A stretch of 64,000 nt of DNA. Source: Podarcis melisellensis (lineage: Eukaryota). The position numbers and the translations under genes were made by a program. Positions 23,678 to 36,300 of this stretch are shown in pieces. The notes beneath the pieces were generated by a model. It searched no databases, had not been told where the DNA came from, and saw nothing but the letters and a program-made list of their open reading frames with translations. Numbering within the stretch: the stretch's first letter is position 1; each line of letters starts with the position of its first letter. The DNA lies in the NCBI GenBank assembly GCA_964234715.1, contig OZ174275.1. One strand, written 5' to 3'.

Positions 23678-24875
23678 GTTAGTTTAACAAAGTCATAAAA
23701 CACTTTTGTACTCCTTGTTCGACCTGGTGCACTTAGTAGGTTAAAAAACAGCAACAAGCAAACAAACCAGTTACTGAAGCCAGGCTTCCCCATTGCCATG
23801 TAGATTCAGTTGTGTGTATACAATAACCTAACTTGTCTTATACTGACCGAGAGGTCCCATAACCAGGGACTCCATTTTGCAGTGCTAAACATTAAAATGG
23901 TAGGCACTGTTGTAATCATCCTTACACTTTTAATTCAAAGCGGCATTTTGCCACACTCTCCTAGGTTTCAAATGAGCCTGAAAAATGAACAAAGCCTTGG
24001 ATGTCAGCTTCTGACACAACTTTGCCGTGGAAAGAATGGATCTTCACTGAGCATCAATCCTCACTTTACTTTTTGCACTTGGGTACATGTACTCGAGTAG
24101 AAATTCATGTGCATTTAAGTATGTAGGTTGAATTAGGAAGAAGATAATTAGGATTGTGTCCTTCAATCGTTTTAAAAAATCCCAAAAGGAATTCTCAGTA
24201 AAGGATCATGTGCTTTTCCTAGCAGACACATGCAATATTTTTTTTTTTAAAGGAGAGACATACACTTCATATGTCTCTCATTTTTCTGGGAATATATATA
24301 TAACAAGAAAGGCAATACATGACTAGGAAAGTTGCTTGAAAAGGAATGTGGAAGAGAGATTAGAACCTATCCAAAATATTACTTGCAATCCATTCTGACT
24401 TCTCAACTTCATAATACTTCAGTGTCAGATGTGAATTTTGCACTTAGTTACACATACCTGAGTACCAAAAGTAAAGTGAGAATCAGCCCATGCTTCAGAC
24501 ATTTTATGTTACTCCTGCCCTGTCCACCATATTTCATGGAATCCAAGGATCAGCTAAACCAGCTCTGAAACCAAACCGTTGATAACCAGTACCCCCAGTA
24601 AACCAGATATCTAACTGCAGAATGATCTCATCATATATGCAAAAGACTTGGGCAAATTAAAATCACGTATGCGCCAATATCTTGCTGGTGTGGGATCCCT
24701 AATATGTACACAGAGCTCCTTATAAAAGAGCTTCTATAGGAACAAAGAACTATGTACTCTTTGTTGAAATGAATGGAGGGGTCAGTTCATCTGAGAGTCC
24801 ATAGACCTCTTGATCCACAGTCCTGGGTCACCAGCAGTTCTGATCAGTTTGACTGTTTGCCTATGGTTACAGATA

Positions 24876-24879
<4 letters not shown>

Positions 24880-24925
<46 letters not shown>
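24880..24925. repeat. (GA)n microsatellite
   Basis: About 23 GA units. Confidence 0.95.
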
Positions 24926-24928
<3 letters not shown>

Positions 24929-26799
24929 TGAGTAGTCTAGATATCTGGGTAAATGCCCCCCTACCCGCCAAAACACTGAGCTTTATATAATTCTAAGAAT
25001 GAAGTGCCACGTCATAATTTTAAAACCATCAGTACTGCCACAATAGTTCAACTTGCACATAAAAACACTCATTATAGTTCTTTTAATTCCCCCAGTGAAT
25101 TTACCGAAACTCACACAATACTTCCCTCTTGCATATTTAAAAATTTGGATTAGATAGTTATTTTTAGTATAAGTATAGATTTTAATATGACGCACATAAA
25201 AATCCAAATGGACAATTCGCTTTTAAATTAGATAAATACAGACATGTACTCGAAATGAGATATTATCCCTAGGAAAACAATTCGTGAACGTACGATCCAT
25301 TTGCACGATGGGTGTATCGGTGATGACCTGAGGATCCCAAAAAGGGCTCAAAAAGTTCTCTTCCCCCACCTGCCCTGCTCCAGCCTGCACATGCACAAAA
25401 TGACAGGGATGGGGTACCTGTGGCTTTTTGGATTCCAACTCCCATCAGCCCCAGCCAACATGGCCAGTGATCAGGGATGATGAGAAATGGAACCCAACAA
25501 CATCTGGAGGGGCACCGTTTCCCTCATTCTTGCTTTGAGAGTTACACCTACGCTAAGCTGAAACGAGTTGCACTGTGCAGGGGGCAGAAAGAGGGAAGGT
25601 GGCTTGGAGATGAAGAAGGCATGCACAGACCACTCATTTCCCCCAGACATAACAACTATGCTGCCTCTCCATGTGCCCATGTTGATATGTAGGTGGGATA
25701 TACGGGTAAAGAGAGGAACTTCCAGGCATTGGTTGGCGCTACACTCATGGTGCATATGGATCGTGTCCCTAACTACAAAAAGAAAATTCTGATAGGACTT
25801 TTAAAAACATGTCATCCTAAAAAGCATGTAGGAGTTTACACTGAAAATATTGGCAAATTTTGAGCTGTGCAAAAGCATGTCAGAATGATTTATGTATATA
25901 TACATATATATGCTCATATGGGTATATATATCATTTTGATGTGCATGTTGAAAGCTACAGCATTTCTATATGTATATATTTGTGGAACCAGAGCATGGGG
26001 AATTGTTCTTGGGAACGCCCGCTCTCTTTGTATTGTTCATGAATGTTTCTGCATATGACTCAGTACAGCATGAAATTATCCTTAGAATAGTTCTTTGTCA
26101 TGGCCCAGATCAAACCTGCTCATGTGCTCCTCCACTGCCCCCAAATATCCAGTTCTGCCAGTTTCCAGAATAGTATTGTTCATTTTTCATGCTCACTGAA
26201 ATTCTGGATGAAAAAGAAGGAGAACAAAAGTTTGAGGTTCACTAGGTGTACACGGAGGTTAGAACTACACGTGATGCTCAGCATGCCACCAACAGTGACC
26301 TGTGTCTTCCCCTGCCTTTCCCTGAAATACTTTAATCAGACTTTCTATGCCATTTCCCTGGCTCCACATCATTGGCTGTTGCTTGCAGGGGTAAGGGAAC
26401 TCCAGGTGGGGAGAAGTGGATTTCCCCAAATCAGTGAGAATATTGCTCAAAATTGGCATCAATCCTGATACCACTTCTCCACCAGCTGTTGAAGGCGGCA
26501 GGGTGGGTGGCACAGGTGGCAGCGGGAAACGACATGGATTGGTCTAACAGTGCATTCTTAGGCTTCACTTTTCAGAAATCAGTCCTGTTGAATTCACTAG
26601 GACTCGTTTCCAGAAAACTGTGTATTGCAGCCTAAACATTACAGTGGAGGGGGGAGAACTCAGTGCAGTGTTGCCATATCAAGTATCTCTTTAGTTCTGA
26701 TCTCCCAACTTGTTCACCAGTTTGCTCCCCAAGAGTGAAACTAGAAACCTTACATGTATATCTCTCTCTTTTTTATTTTGTTTCTTTTCACTTGAGCAG

Positions 26800-26988
26800 A
26801 CCTCAAAGTAGCTTGGTATAGCAAAGACAAAGAGATCAAGCCATCCCGCTTCTTTAGGATGACTCAGTTTGAAGACACTTTCCAGCTTGAGATTGCAGAA
26901 GCATACCCAGAGGATGAAGGAATTTACACCTTTGTCGCAGGCAATTCTGTTGGCCAGGTGTCAAGTACGGCTGCACTGAAGCTGGAAG
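26800..26988 (+). CDS. TTN: TTN exon 44, Ig I15 C-terminal part
   Basis: CAG|ACCTC...GAAG|GTACAG; 189 nt; LKVAWYSKDKEIKPSRFFRMTQFED. Confidence 0.96.
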
Positions 26989-28366
26989 GTACAGAGTGCT
27001 GTCTAAATAGACACTGTGTAAATTTGCATGTGTTTTAACATTAATATATATTTATATATATTATTAAAACTACATGTAATTGTCTGTCATGTCAGTGTCT
27101 TATAACTCAAATAACCAACCCCATTGTCTGATGTTGATAGCGCCCATCTGGTCTCCGCAGTATAAATTCTGCAGAGTGTCATTTCACGTTGTTCCAGTGT
27201 TCCATAGTTTTCATCTTTCCATTCTGTTTCCAATGAGTATCCAGCACGCACCAAAGATAAACGAATAAATAAACCCTCTCTGACATAACCAGATTCCCAG
27301 AATTTATTTGTCATGCCAAATCACATTTCTGTTGAAAGGAAGTGAAGGCGTGTATCTAAAGAACTGTGCGAACTAACTCAATGCAAGACAATGGGGGTTT
27401 AGGTTTAGGTTTGTCAAACAGGAGCACTCCCAGTCCCATGTTGTGTGGCAAACCAATTCCGAGACTGAGGTCAGAAGGATGCCTATTGGCTGGCAATGCT
27501 ACAAAGCAGCGTCCCAGAGTCTCTTCCTCTTCCTTCTTTGTATCTTGCAATACAAAAATGTGTGATGTGCTGATTGTTATTTCCGCCTATTTACAAGTGG
27601 GAAGCTCATCACAAAATGAGGCCACATCACATGGTTTTTACATTAATACATGCTAAAAGGGAACAAAGAGAAGATGTAGAGCTGGGATGGCTGCAGCCAC
27701 CATGCATGTGCCATAATATCTAGTTCTAGTTTTGCGAGGCATGAGGGTGCTTAAAAAGCAAATTGTGATATGGCATGTGGATGATGAGCGAATCTGTTTA
27801 TTTTCGGTCCGTGTCACTTTCACACATGACTCCGTCCCATTTCCACATTAATTAAATGACATTAAATAATTAGGCATCGCTAATGTTGGCGAAATTGCAT
27901 TTATGTATGAAAAAGAAGAGCACCTTACACTGAAATTAGAAAAGAAATGTCTAACCTCCTTACCATTCCAACACCTGCTGAAACACAAGGGGGAAGCCCA
28001 GAACCTGCAATACAATATTGATTTTGTTGCTGTTTTTCAGGGTAATATATCTAGAATGATTTGAAATGCCTGTAGCAGGCATTAAAATCATTGGGATTTA
28101 ATTGACTTGCATCATGCCAATTCAAATGTGAATATTTGTCAGAGGAAACAAATATTCAGATACGTGACACGAAGAGCATTTATACATTTAAACTCAGCTG
28201 GTTTTCAAATGTTTTGCTTTCCACTCTGCTTGTACCCAGAGCCTAAACATTGTCACTTAGGAAAAGGAATGTGTTTGTAAATAAAGAGAAAGGGCATGTA
28301 GGGCAGATAGAGAAAATTGACTGGTGTGCAGGGTAAGAAATTAAAAGTTGACATGCTTCTTTTCAG

Positions 28367-28738
28367 GCTTTAAGGTTGAAGAAGTTACCTCACATTCCCA
28401 AAGGCATGTTTCTTCATCTTTCTCCATTAAGAAGGACCCCGTTGCCCAAAGGCCCAACTTTATCCAGCCCATCTCAAGCTGCAGCGTATGCAGCGGGGAA
28501 ACAGTCAGATTCCAAGCCAGGGTTTCCGCCATGCCGAAACCAGAAATCCTCTGGTTTCATAATCAACAGCTAATGTTGCCAACCAAAGGCGTAGTTTTCC
28601 ATTTTGATGAGTCGACAGGCACAGCCACATTGATAATAGTAGATGCTTTCTCAGAAAATGCCGGGCAGTACGCTTGCAAAGCCAGAAATAGTGCTGGAGA
28701 TGCAACTTGCATGGCTACACTTACAGTGACTGCTGAAG
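28367..28738 (+). CDS. TTN: TTN exon 45, novex-1 (alternative; Ig I16)
   Basis: CAG|GCTTT...GAAG|GTAAAG; 372 nt, symmetric phase 1; LMLPTKGVVFHFDESTG. Confidence 0.92.
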
Positions 28739-29408
28739 GTAAAGCCCCGCTTTTGTTCCTAGGGAATTCTGTTTGTTGCATAAACCACACTTTTTTCTAC
28801 ACTGTGACTAATGACCTTCTCTTCTTCCTCGTTTCACACTTTTTAATTTTATTTTTAGAACTAGCAGTGCCGTCACTAATGTCAATAGTCCTAGCTGTAA
28901 CCAAATAAACCACTCTCGTTTCCTGTACTTTCAAAGTGTCGTGTCATTTAGAACTTGCATCCTGGTCTATTGCTCAGATAATACACCTGTTTTTTGGTAG
29001 ACTAAACACACGCACACACTTCAAGGCAGTGAGTTGTTGGCAGTTGGTGCATTCTCTGACGTTTGCTCTACTCGGTTTTTAAAGGGAAAGAAGGGATATT
29101 GTTAGGGTATCAAAAAAAAAATACCTTCAAATTGCCATGGACAACTGCAGTGGAAAGAAGAGTCAAATAATTACCACATATTACCAGCATGAGCATATTT
29201 CATTTTTTCCCATCCATCATTGTGGCTGTTCTTTTCTGTAAAATATTTGCTGCCTCCTGAGGGCACCATTAATGAATGCAGCTGGCATGCAAGGCTTTCA
29301 AACGAAGACATTTCATTCTTATCATCTATGGCTTAGCGTTTTGCTTTTAACGTGGCCCACTGCAGTGCATTAGATATTAATCATATGTTTTGTTACTTGA
29401 TTACACAG

Positions 29409-29987
29409 TGCAAGCCTTAGATAGGCTAAGTTCTGGGAAAGATGTAAAAGAGTCTATCCAGGCAAAATCAGAAGTGCATATTGCTTCCCCCTTTGCAAAG
29501 AAGGAAACTCAAGTGTATGTAAAAGAAATTAAGTCCAAGCAGGAGGCGTCACGGGAAATGGTTGTGCAGGCTTTTGAACACCATTCTGGAACTTCTACTG
29601 TGAAAGCTGAGATTGGGAAGGAAGGAGAAAGCTTCAGTGCCACAGCCATTACTCAGAAGTCAGAAAGCACCACGGTATCTGCAACCTCCATTCAAGTGCT
29701 GAGAGAGGCGCCCCCAAAGATTCTTCTGAAACTTCATGATCTCACTGTGAGATGCGGTGACACCGCTCAGTTTATGTGCGCTTTGGAAAGCGAAAACTTC
29801 TCGGAGGTTTTGTGGTCCCACGAGGGAGAAACGTTACAGGAATCTGAACGAATAAGGCTGTCACAAAATGGAAGCGTTCTCTTCCTCACTATAAGCAATG
29901 TCCAACTTTTAGATCAAGGACTGTACAGCTGTACTGTTCGTAATGACTATGGAGAAGTAACAACAACTGCTATACTAACCGTAGAAG
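29409..29987 (+). CDS. TTN: TTN exon 46, novex-2 (alternative; Ig I17)
   Basis: CAG|TGCAAG...GAAG|GTGGTT; 579 nt; VQALDRLSSGKDVKES...PPKILLKLHDLTVRCGD. Confidence 0.92.
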
Positions 29988-31177
29988 GTGGTTATCTGAT
30001 TTTTAACATTATGTGATGTTACTTCATTTCATCCTCATCATCACTGCCTATAGCTCCTGTGCTAGTATTTAATTTAGAATTACAGTTTTGAGTTCCATTT
30101 CCCCCAACCCTCTACATTTCGGGCTCTATTCATAAAGTAACCACATGCACAGGTACTCTGTGTAATTTGCTAGTAAAGTAGGAACCATACCTTCCCCTGG
30201 CAAGTTACAGAGGTATCGGGTTCATCTCCAAAAGCAAGGACTAGTCAATTTGCAGTGAAATACTGAAGCAATTTGGAAGTTTCCTATAGGATCAAAGAGA
30301 AGTACAAGAAGTTGTTTACAATTATTTCTCCTTTACTGGCTGTTAATTTTTGTGAAAGCTTTTTTAAAAAAAACAACAACAGCTATGTAGTCTAACTTTT
30401 AATTTAGGCTATTCTAGTTTACAATGGGTTTTATGCAGATATTGACTGCCATTAACAGAACCATTCTCTGAATGCCCTTTTCCACCCATACCAGTTTTCT
30501 TTTAAAATTGGAATTTTGCATCTTTTTTTCATTCTTTTATTGACCACAACAATTTGTTACGGTTAAGGCAAAGAAACTTCCACATGTCATGTGCCTTGCT
30601 TTTCCTTATCCGACACCAGATGATGAAGGTGCCACAAATGTTTTTACCTATAGTCCTCTCTTGTGTTTAAGCAATGAAGACTAAGAATTGACTTTTGGTT
30701 TTCTTCTCATGGCATGGAAATGGCTGCACGATTAGCACACAGAAGAGTAGGAACAACAACTTGAACCCCAAACAGTGCCAAATATCCTGCTTTTACAAAC
30801 TGGTGGATTTCCTGACTTTTCTACACATCACTGAAAAGCATTGCGGCTGCAGCTGCCTTCTAGGCTATGCAGAAGAAGCTAAAACTGAAGATGTCCTTGT
30901 AAAAATTACTGTGGGCCAATCCTATTTCCTCTGATGTCAGTGACGCAAATCCTGTGGATCTAATTGCACCTTCTATTTAACCTGGCATGAATAGAGCCCT
31001 TAAATGTGGAACAGGATAGTATAAAAGACTGAAAATTCAATTGTTTTTTGCACTAACACGCTGAACATTCCTTTTACCATACTAATGGCTTTTATATACA
31101 TATATAATTGCTGAGTATAGATTTTTTTTTTTTTGCTGCAAAACATCTAATCTTATCCTAACTTTATTCTTGCCTAG

Positions 31178-31699
31178 CTAAAGAAGCACAAGCCAGAACA
31201 GTAACAAAAATTACCCTTGAATCAGATACTAAAAGCATTAAAACAAGCAAAGAGTCTCAGATTAAAACAGCCTATGAATATAAACAAGAGTCTTCCACGG
31301 AAACGACGAGCGTGACAATATCTACAGCTCAAAAAGCACAAGAAGCTGAGAAACTGAGGATCAGAGACTACTACCCTGATGTTGTGCCGTGCGAAGACAT
31401 CGCCGAAACTGGTGCCACAGTACCAGTCTTCCTTGAAACTCTGCCCCCAGAAAGCTTTGTCAAAGAAGGAGATAATGTCTCGCTGTTCTGTGTAATCAAG
31501 GGGTTCCCTACACCTTGTGTCATCTGGCTGTATAACCAGCTAATAGTTGAGGATTCCGCATTGTGCTCTTTGAGGCACGATGGCCCACTGTGCAGTTTAA
31601 ACTTACTGAAAGTTAAGGAGAATCAGAGGGGTATATACAAGTGCAGAATAGTTAATTCTGCGGGACAAGCCGAGTGCAGCACACATCTGAGAGTGACAG
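31178..31699 (+). CDS. TTN: Additional novex-type alternative exon (unique spacer plus one Ig domain)
   Basis: CTAAC branch point, pyrimidine tract, TAG|CTAAAG...GACAG|GTTGGC; 522 nt, phase 1/1, no stop; Ig motifs PVF..L, EGDNVSLFC, W, GIYKC, NSAG. Confidence 0.85.
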
Positions 31700-31974
31700 G
31701 TTGGCAACTGCATGTTCCTTCCATATACTCCTCTTGCGTACCGTCGTTGAAACCTGTTCAATCCACAGTCCGTGATATAATGAAGCGGCTGTGGATTGTT
31801 GAATATTTTCCTCATGGTGTTAAAGGCATGTTAAAGGCATGTTGAATTAGAAAAAGAAAAAGAGGGAGAGGGTGGGGAGAGGAAAAGGCTCCTTTAAAAT
31901 GCTCTGGGGGAAAATCCCCAATACTTTAGCATCCTCCCACTATTTGTTTTCAACTTATCAGGCACTTCCTGGCA

Positions 31975-32018
31975 TGTATGTGTATGTATGTATGTATGTA
32001 TGTATGTATGTATGTATG
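31975..32018. repeat. (TATG)n microsatellite
   Basis: About 11 units with one interruption. Confidence 0.9.
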
Positions 32019-32122
32019 TTTGTGTGGTTTTTTCCTCCCCCTATCAATGCATCATTTTTATTTTCTTCTCTTGCAACATTCAACTCACTTTCCATTAAAT
32101 CACACTTTTATTTTTATTACAG

Positions 32123-32179
32123 CCCTGGAAAGAGTTCTGCAGGAGAAGATAGAACAACAGATTGAAATGGAAGTGAAAG
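32123..32179 (+). CDS. TTN: TTN exon 47 (57-nt linker)
   Basis: CAG|CCCTG...AAAG|GTACAG; LERVLQEKIEQQIEMEVK. Confidence 0.95.
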
Positions 32180-33314
32180 GTACAGTCGCACACAAACGTT
32201 TATATGGAAAGGAAGGTTTAGCATAAAAAAAACCCCCAGTAACCCCTTTGAAAAGCTGATACGTATGACCAAGAAAGCAAAACATATTCTGAAGCATATC
32301 TGAATATGCCGCATGTTTTGTTTTAATATGCTCAGGATAACCTGCATTATTACAAAAAGGATACAAGTTTTAAAGTCCATTTAAAACTTTTCATTTTCAC
32401 AGAGTTGCCCGTCTTTACTTTCACGTCGTGCTATGCAGCTGGTTGCAAAAGCTTTTCTTTCGTATACCTTCTTGTAATGCATGGGACAATTTTAGACTGA
32501 ATTGCTTCGGATGGTTTCAGAACACATTAGTCCTCTAACATGAATGAGTTGGTCAAAAACCATGGGCTGGCATCTGTTTAAGATGCAACACTTTGCAAGA
32601 TGGGAAAGGGGCCTGTTTCCATTTGTTGCCCTCCCATTTCATGAACATGATATTAATTCTCCTTTATGGAAATTCTTACACTGGCTTGCAGATAGCATAG
32701 TTGGGCCATGTTGCTTGCTTTCTTTCCTTTTTTCTTTTTTTGCATAACATTGTGAAGTTAGCAGCTGTATTAGTTCGAATAAACGCCTTCTCATTTTGTT
32801 TTAGCAAATTACTTACAGTTGACTTTTTTTTTCATATCTTTGAAAAATATCTTTTCTATTGTTTGGCCATTTTAACCCACAATCAAAGGGATCAGAAAGG
32901 GCGTTTATTCTACTGTCTGCAAGTCAGGTAAGATTCCCCTCCCCTTCTTTGCAAAGAAGAAATGCAAAAAAAAAAATACAAAAAAATAAAAAGCTTTTCA
33001 GGCAGTAAAACATGCACCCACAGGAACATGTCATTTTGAGATTCATTTTGCTTGTTGATGAAGAAATTTCCGCAGTTGGAAGAAAGAACCGACAGCGAAC
33101 GATTTTCGTGTCAGAATCTTTAAAACAGAGCAAGGCGTTGCGTTTATTCGAACAAATATGGTGAGTGAATTTTTTTTTAATGGATTTGTGATGAATCTGT
33201 TGCATGCTCATTATTTAATTTCATTTATAGCTATTTCATTTCTTTTCAATTTTTTTCCCAACTGTGGGATGGAAAGGACGGAGTACGCTGTAATGTAATG
33301 GTATTCTTTTGCAG

Positions 33315-36300
33315 AACTGTTCTTCGGTGAAGAGCCAGAATATGCAGAAAACCCGGCTGGCAAACAGGCTGCTTCTGCTGATTCCGTAGATCTTCCGCAA
33401 CATGGATCTCTCCCGGATCTGAAGGGCACAAGTGGAATGTCATTTATGCATTCCTGGCCTGAGAAACAGAAACCTTCTTTCACACAAAAGTTAAAGTATC
33501 GGTCTGTTATGGCTGGAGAGCCAGTTGTTTTCCAGTGCAAATTGAGTGCCCTTCCTTTGCCCCAAATAACATGGTACCATAACAACAGGCAAATCCCCCA
33601 AAGTCTGCGAAGGCGAATAAAGAGTGAGAGCTGCATGGATATGCACAGCTCCAGTCTAGAGGTAAAAGAAGTTCAGGAAAGGGACTCAGGGAGTTACAAG
33701 GTTTTTGCTATTAACAGTGAGGGTTCAGCTGAGTCCACTGCTTCATTGTTGGTAGCTCATGGTGACAAACAAAATGCCAAATACCTAGAGTTTTTGAGAC
33801 AGTCAGAGAGTACTTGTGAACGTATAGAGCATCTGGTGCAGAAAAGGAGTGGCGATAGGCTCAAAGTTGATCTGCGGTGTATTGGTTCTCCGTTTGATAA
33901 GAAGCAGGAAACCGAGAAAGCGCTGAGAGCTTTTTCTCCTACCAAAGGGATGGTGAGGACCATAAGCTTTGAAAGCCTCTCGTCCTTAAGAAAAGGATTT
34001 GTATACGATAAGGATTGGGTAAGAAACAGGCGTGCAGGTAGGGGGTGTAGTGAGGGAGAGGCTTTGCTTGACGAGGAAACAAAAGTAAAGTTGCAGCGAC
34101 TTCGCGAGGCAAAAAAAGCCATGCTGGAAAAGAAAAAAGTGCTTCTATCACAGGGATCGACAGAGGAACACCTTCCCTCTGCGAAAATTGTAGGAATTGG
34201 AAATAAAAGAGGCCCATTGGCCCGTTCAATCTGTGCAGCATCTCATGTAGAGACAAAGGGACTTGCTTTCCAAACTATAGAGCAGATTAATGAAAAGGCC
34301 ATGTTACCGACAGTGTCAGGCACTAAAGAAGTTACGGTAGGAAGTTCCAGCAGGCAGCTTGAGAAAACATCAGAAAAATTTCAGGTTAGAATGGAACGGA
34401 TCCTGGGCCTTCCTGGGCCTCCTCAGATTCTCCAGGATTTTCCTGATAAAAGCAATAGGGGAGGAATGTTCCAGAGACAGGAGGTAGTAGCCTCTAAAGG
34501 GAACATGAAGCCACAAGTTCCAGAAACAGATCCAAAGGCAATTGGGAGCACAAGATGGATGCACCATACTTATACCCATGGAAAATCAGAAGAAGCAAGA
34601 ATGGATACTCAAGACTTCAAGGCGACAAAAACCATTAAGAAAAACCCCTCTCCCCTGGTATATGTACTTTTGACTGATGATGTCAGTGAGAGAGAGAAAG
34701 ATGATGTCAGTGTGAGAGAGAAAGATGATGTCAGTGAGAGAGGGAAACCTGACATGATGATGTCTGATACAATCACATTGAACATTAATGAACCTGTGCC
34801 TGTTTTTGAGATCAGGGAAATGAGCAAAACTGTAGAAACGGCAATGTCAGTAAACAAATGCTCCCTTGAAACTGAAGAGTCTGTGTTGGCTGAGGTCACT
34901 GAAACAGAAATGGAGATAACAGAACCACCTGACAAATTGGTGAGGCCTCTTCCGAAATACCTGGAGCCATGCCCCCCTTTCTTTGTTCATGAAATTGAAT
35001 CACAAGAAGTAAGCGAAGGAGAGAGCTGTATTTTTAATTGTGATTTCCAAGGCCATCCACAGGTCACAGTCACTTGGTATAACAATGACAAGCCGCTGTC
35101 ACGTAACCAAGAATGTAACATCAGAACCACAGAAAATAGTTCTACACTGACATTCTCCACCATTGTCCGTGATCAGGAAGGCTCCATTACTTGTGTGATA
35201 TTTAACCAGCATGGGACTGCTACAACTTCAGGAACGCTAAAAGTGAAAAGAAAGGAAAAGCCTGAATTTGAACCATTCAGTATATGTAAAGTTGAGCTTT
35301 CACCAGACTATGCAGAAGAGGAAGAGGAACTCAGTTTGGCATTTGAGTATTCAAAAAAAGATGAACCTGATTTAAGTATGGATGGCAGAGCCACTCTCCT
35401 GCCTCCACAGATTAACCTGCCCAGACCTTGCATTTCTGATCCAGATCTGCTTTCACTTCCTGTGGAAATAAAAATAACTGCTCCAACCCCAACTCCAGAA
35501 CAAGATGAAGAATTTAAAGAATTAACTCAGTTTGTTGAGTTTGTGCCTGAAGAACCCCCTGAAGAACAAACTTCTGCAGGACTAAAGCATAAGTTTAAAT
35601 TTTCATTTGATGTGGCTCATGAACCCCCCAAAATCTTAAAAGAAATTCAACAACACGTTAGATGTAGAGAAGGGGATTCGGTGGTACTTGAATGCTTAAT
35701 ATCTGCAGAACCGCTGCCAATTGTAACATGGCTGCAGAATGATGGGATTTTAATCCCCACTGAAAAGTTTTACTTTGAGGAGGGAGATGGCGTTTATAGG
35801 TTGCACGTTTGCAAGGTTTCCATATCTGATGCTGGCACGTACAAATGTGTTGCCGAAAACAAAGCTGGCATAGTTGAAACTGTTTGTTATCTTTCAGTTG
35901 ATCCCACCGTGGAAATATTTTCGGATGAAACTGAGCTCAAAGCTGTCGAAAGCCAAGTCAGAGGAACTCAGGACCAGATTGCAAAAGAACATTTGGGGAC
36001 TTATTTTGAATCCTCAGTAGGACTTACAGAAAGTAGTTTTAGCGATAAAGCATATTCTGTAAGCCAGCAGTTCCACAGTGTTAGTAAACTGGATTTCGGA
36101 GGGGAAGAAACAGGTAGACCAGCCCAGGAAATGGAATCCCAGCTGCCAAATTATCTAAATGATGTAATGAAGTCTCTACTTGCTGATGAAAGTGAACACC
36201 CACATTTCCAGATCTGGGAGCAAAAAGAAGTATATAAAGAGATGGAGTCAAATGCAAAAGAAGAACAAAAGGTAGCCAGTATTTCAGAAATTTTAGCAGA

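Noticed and set aside
23678-26799. Hidden exon in the 3.1-kb intron 43
   Set aside because: No ORF with Ig or titin-like composition and matching splice phases; contents are repeats and AT-rich sequence
30695-30934. 79-aa ORF between novex-2 and the extra exon
   Set aside because: No domain similarity or convincing acceptor/donor pair
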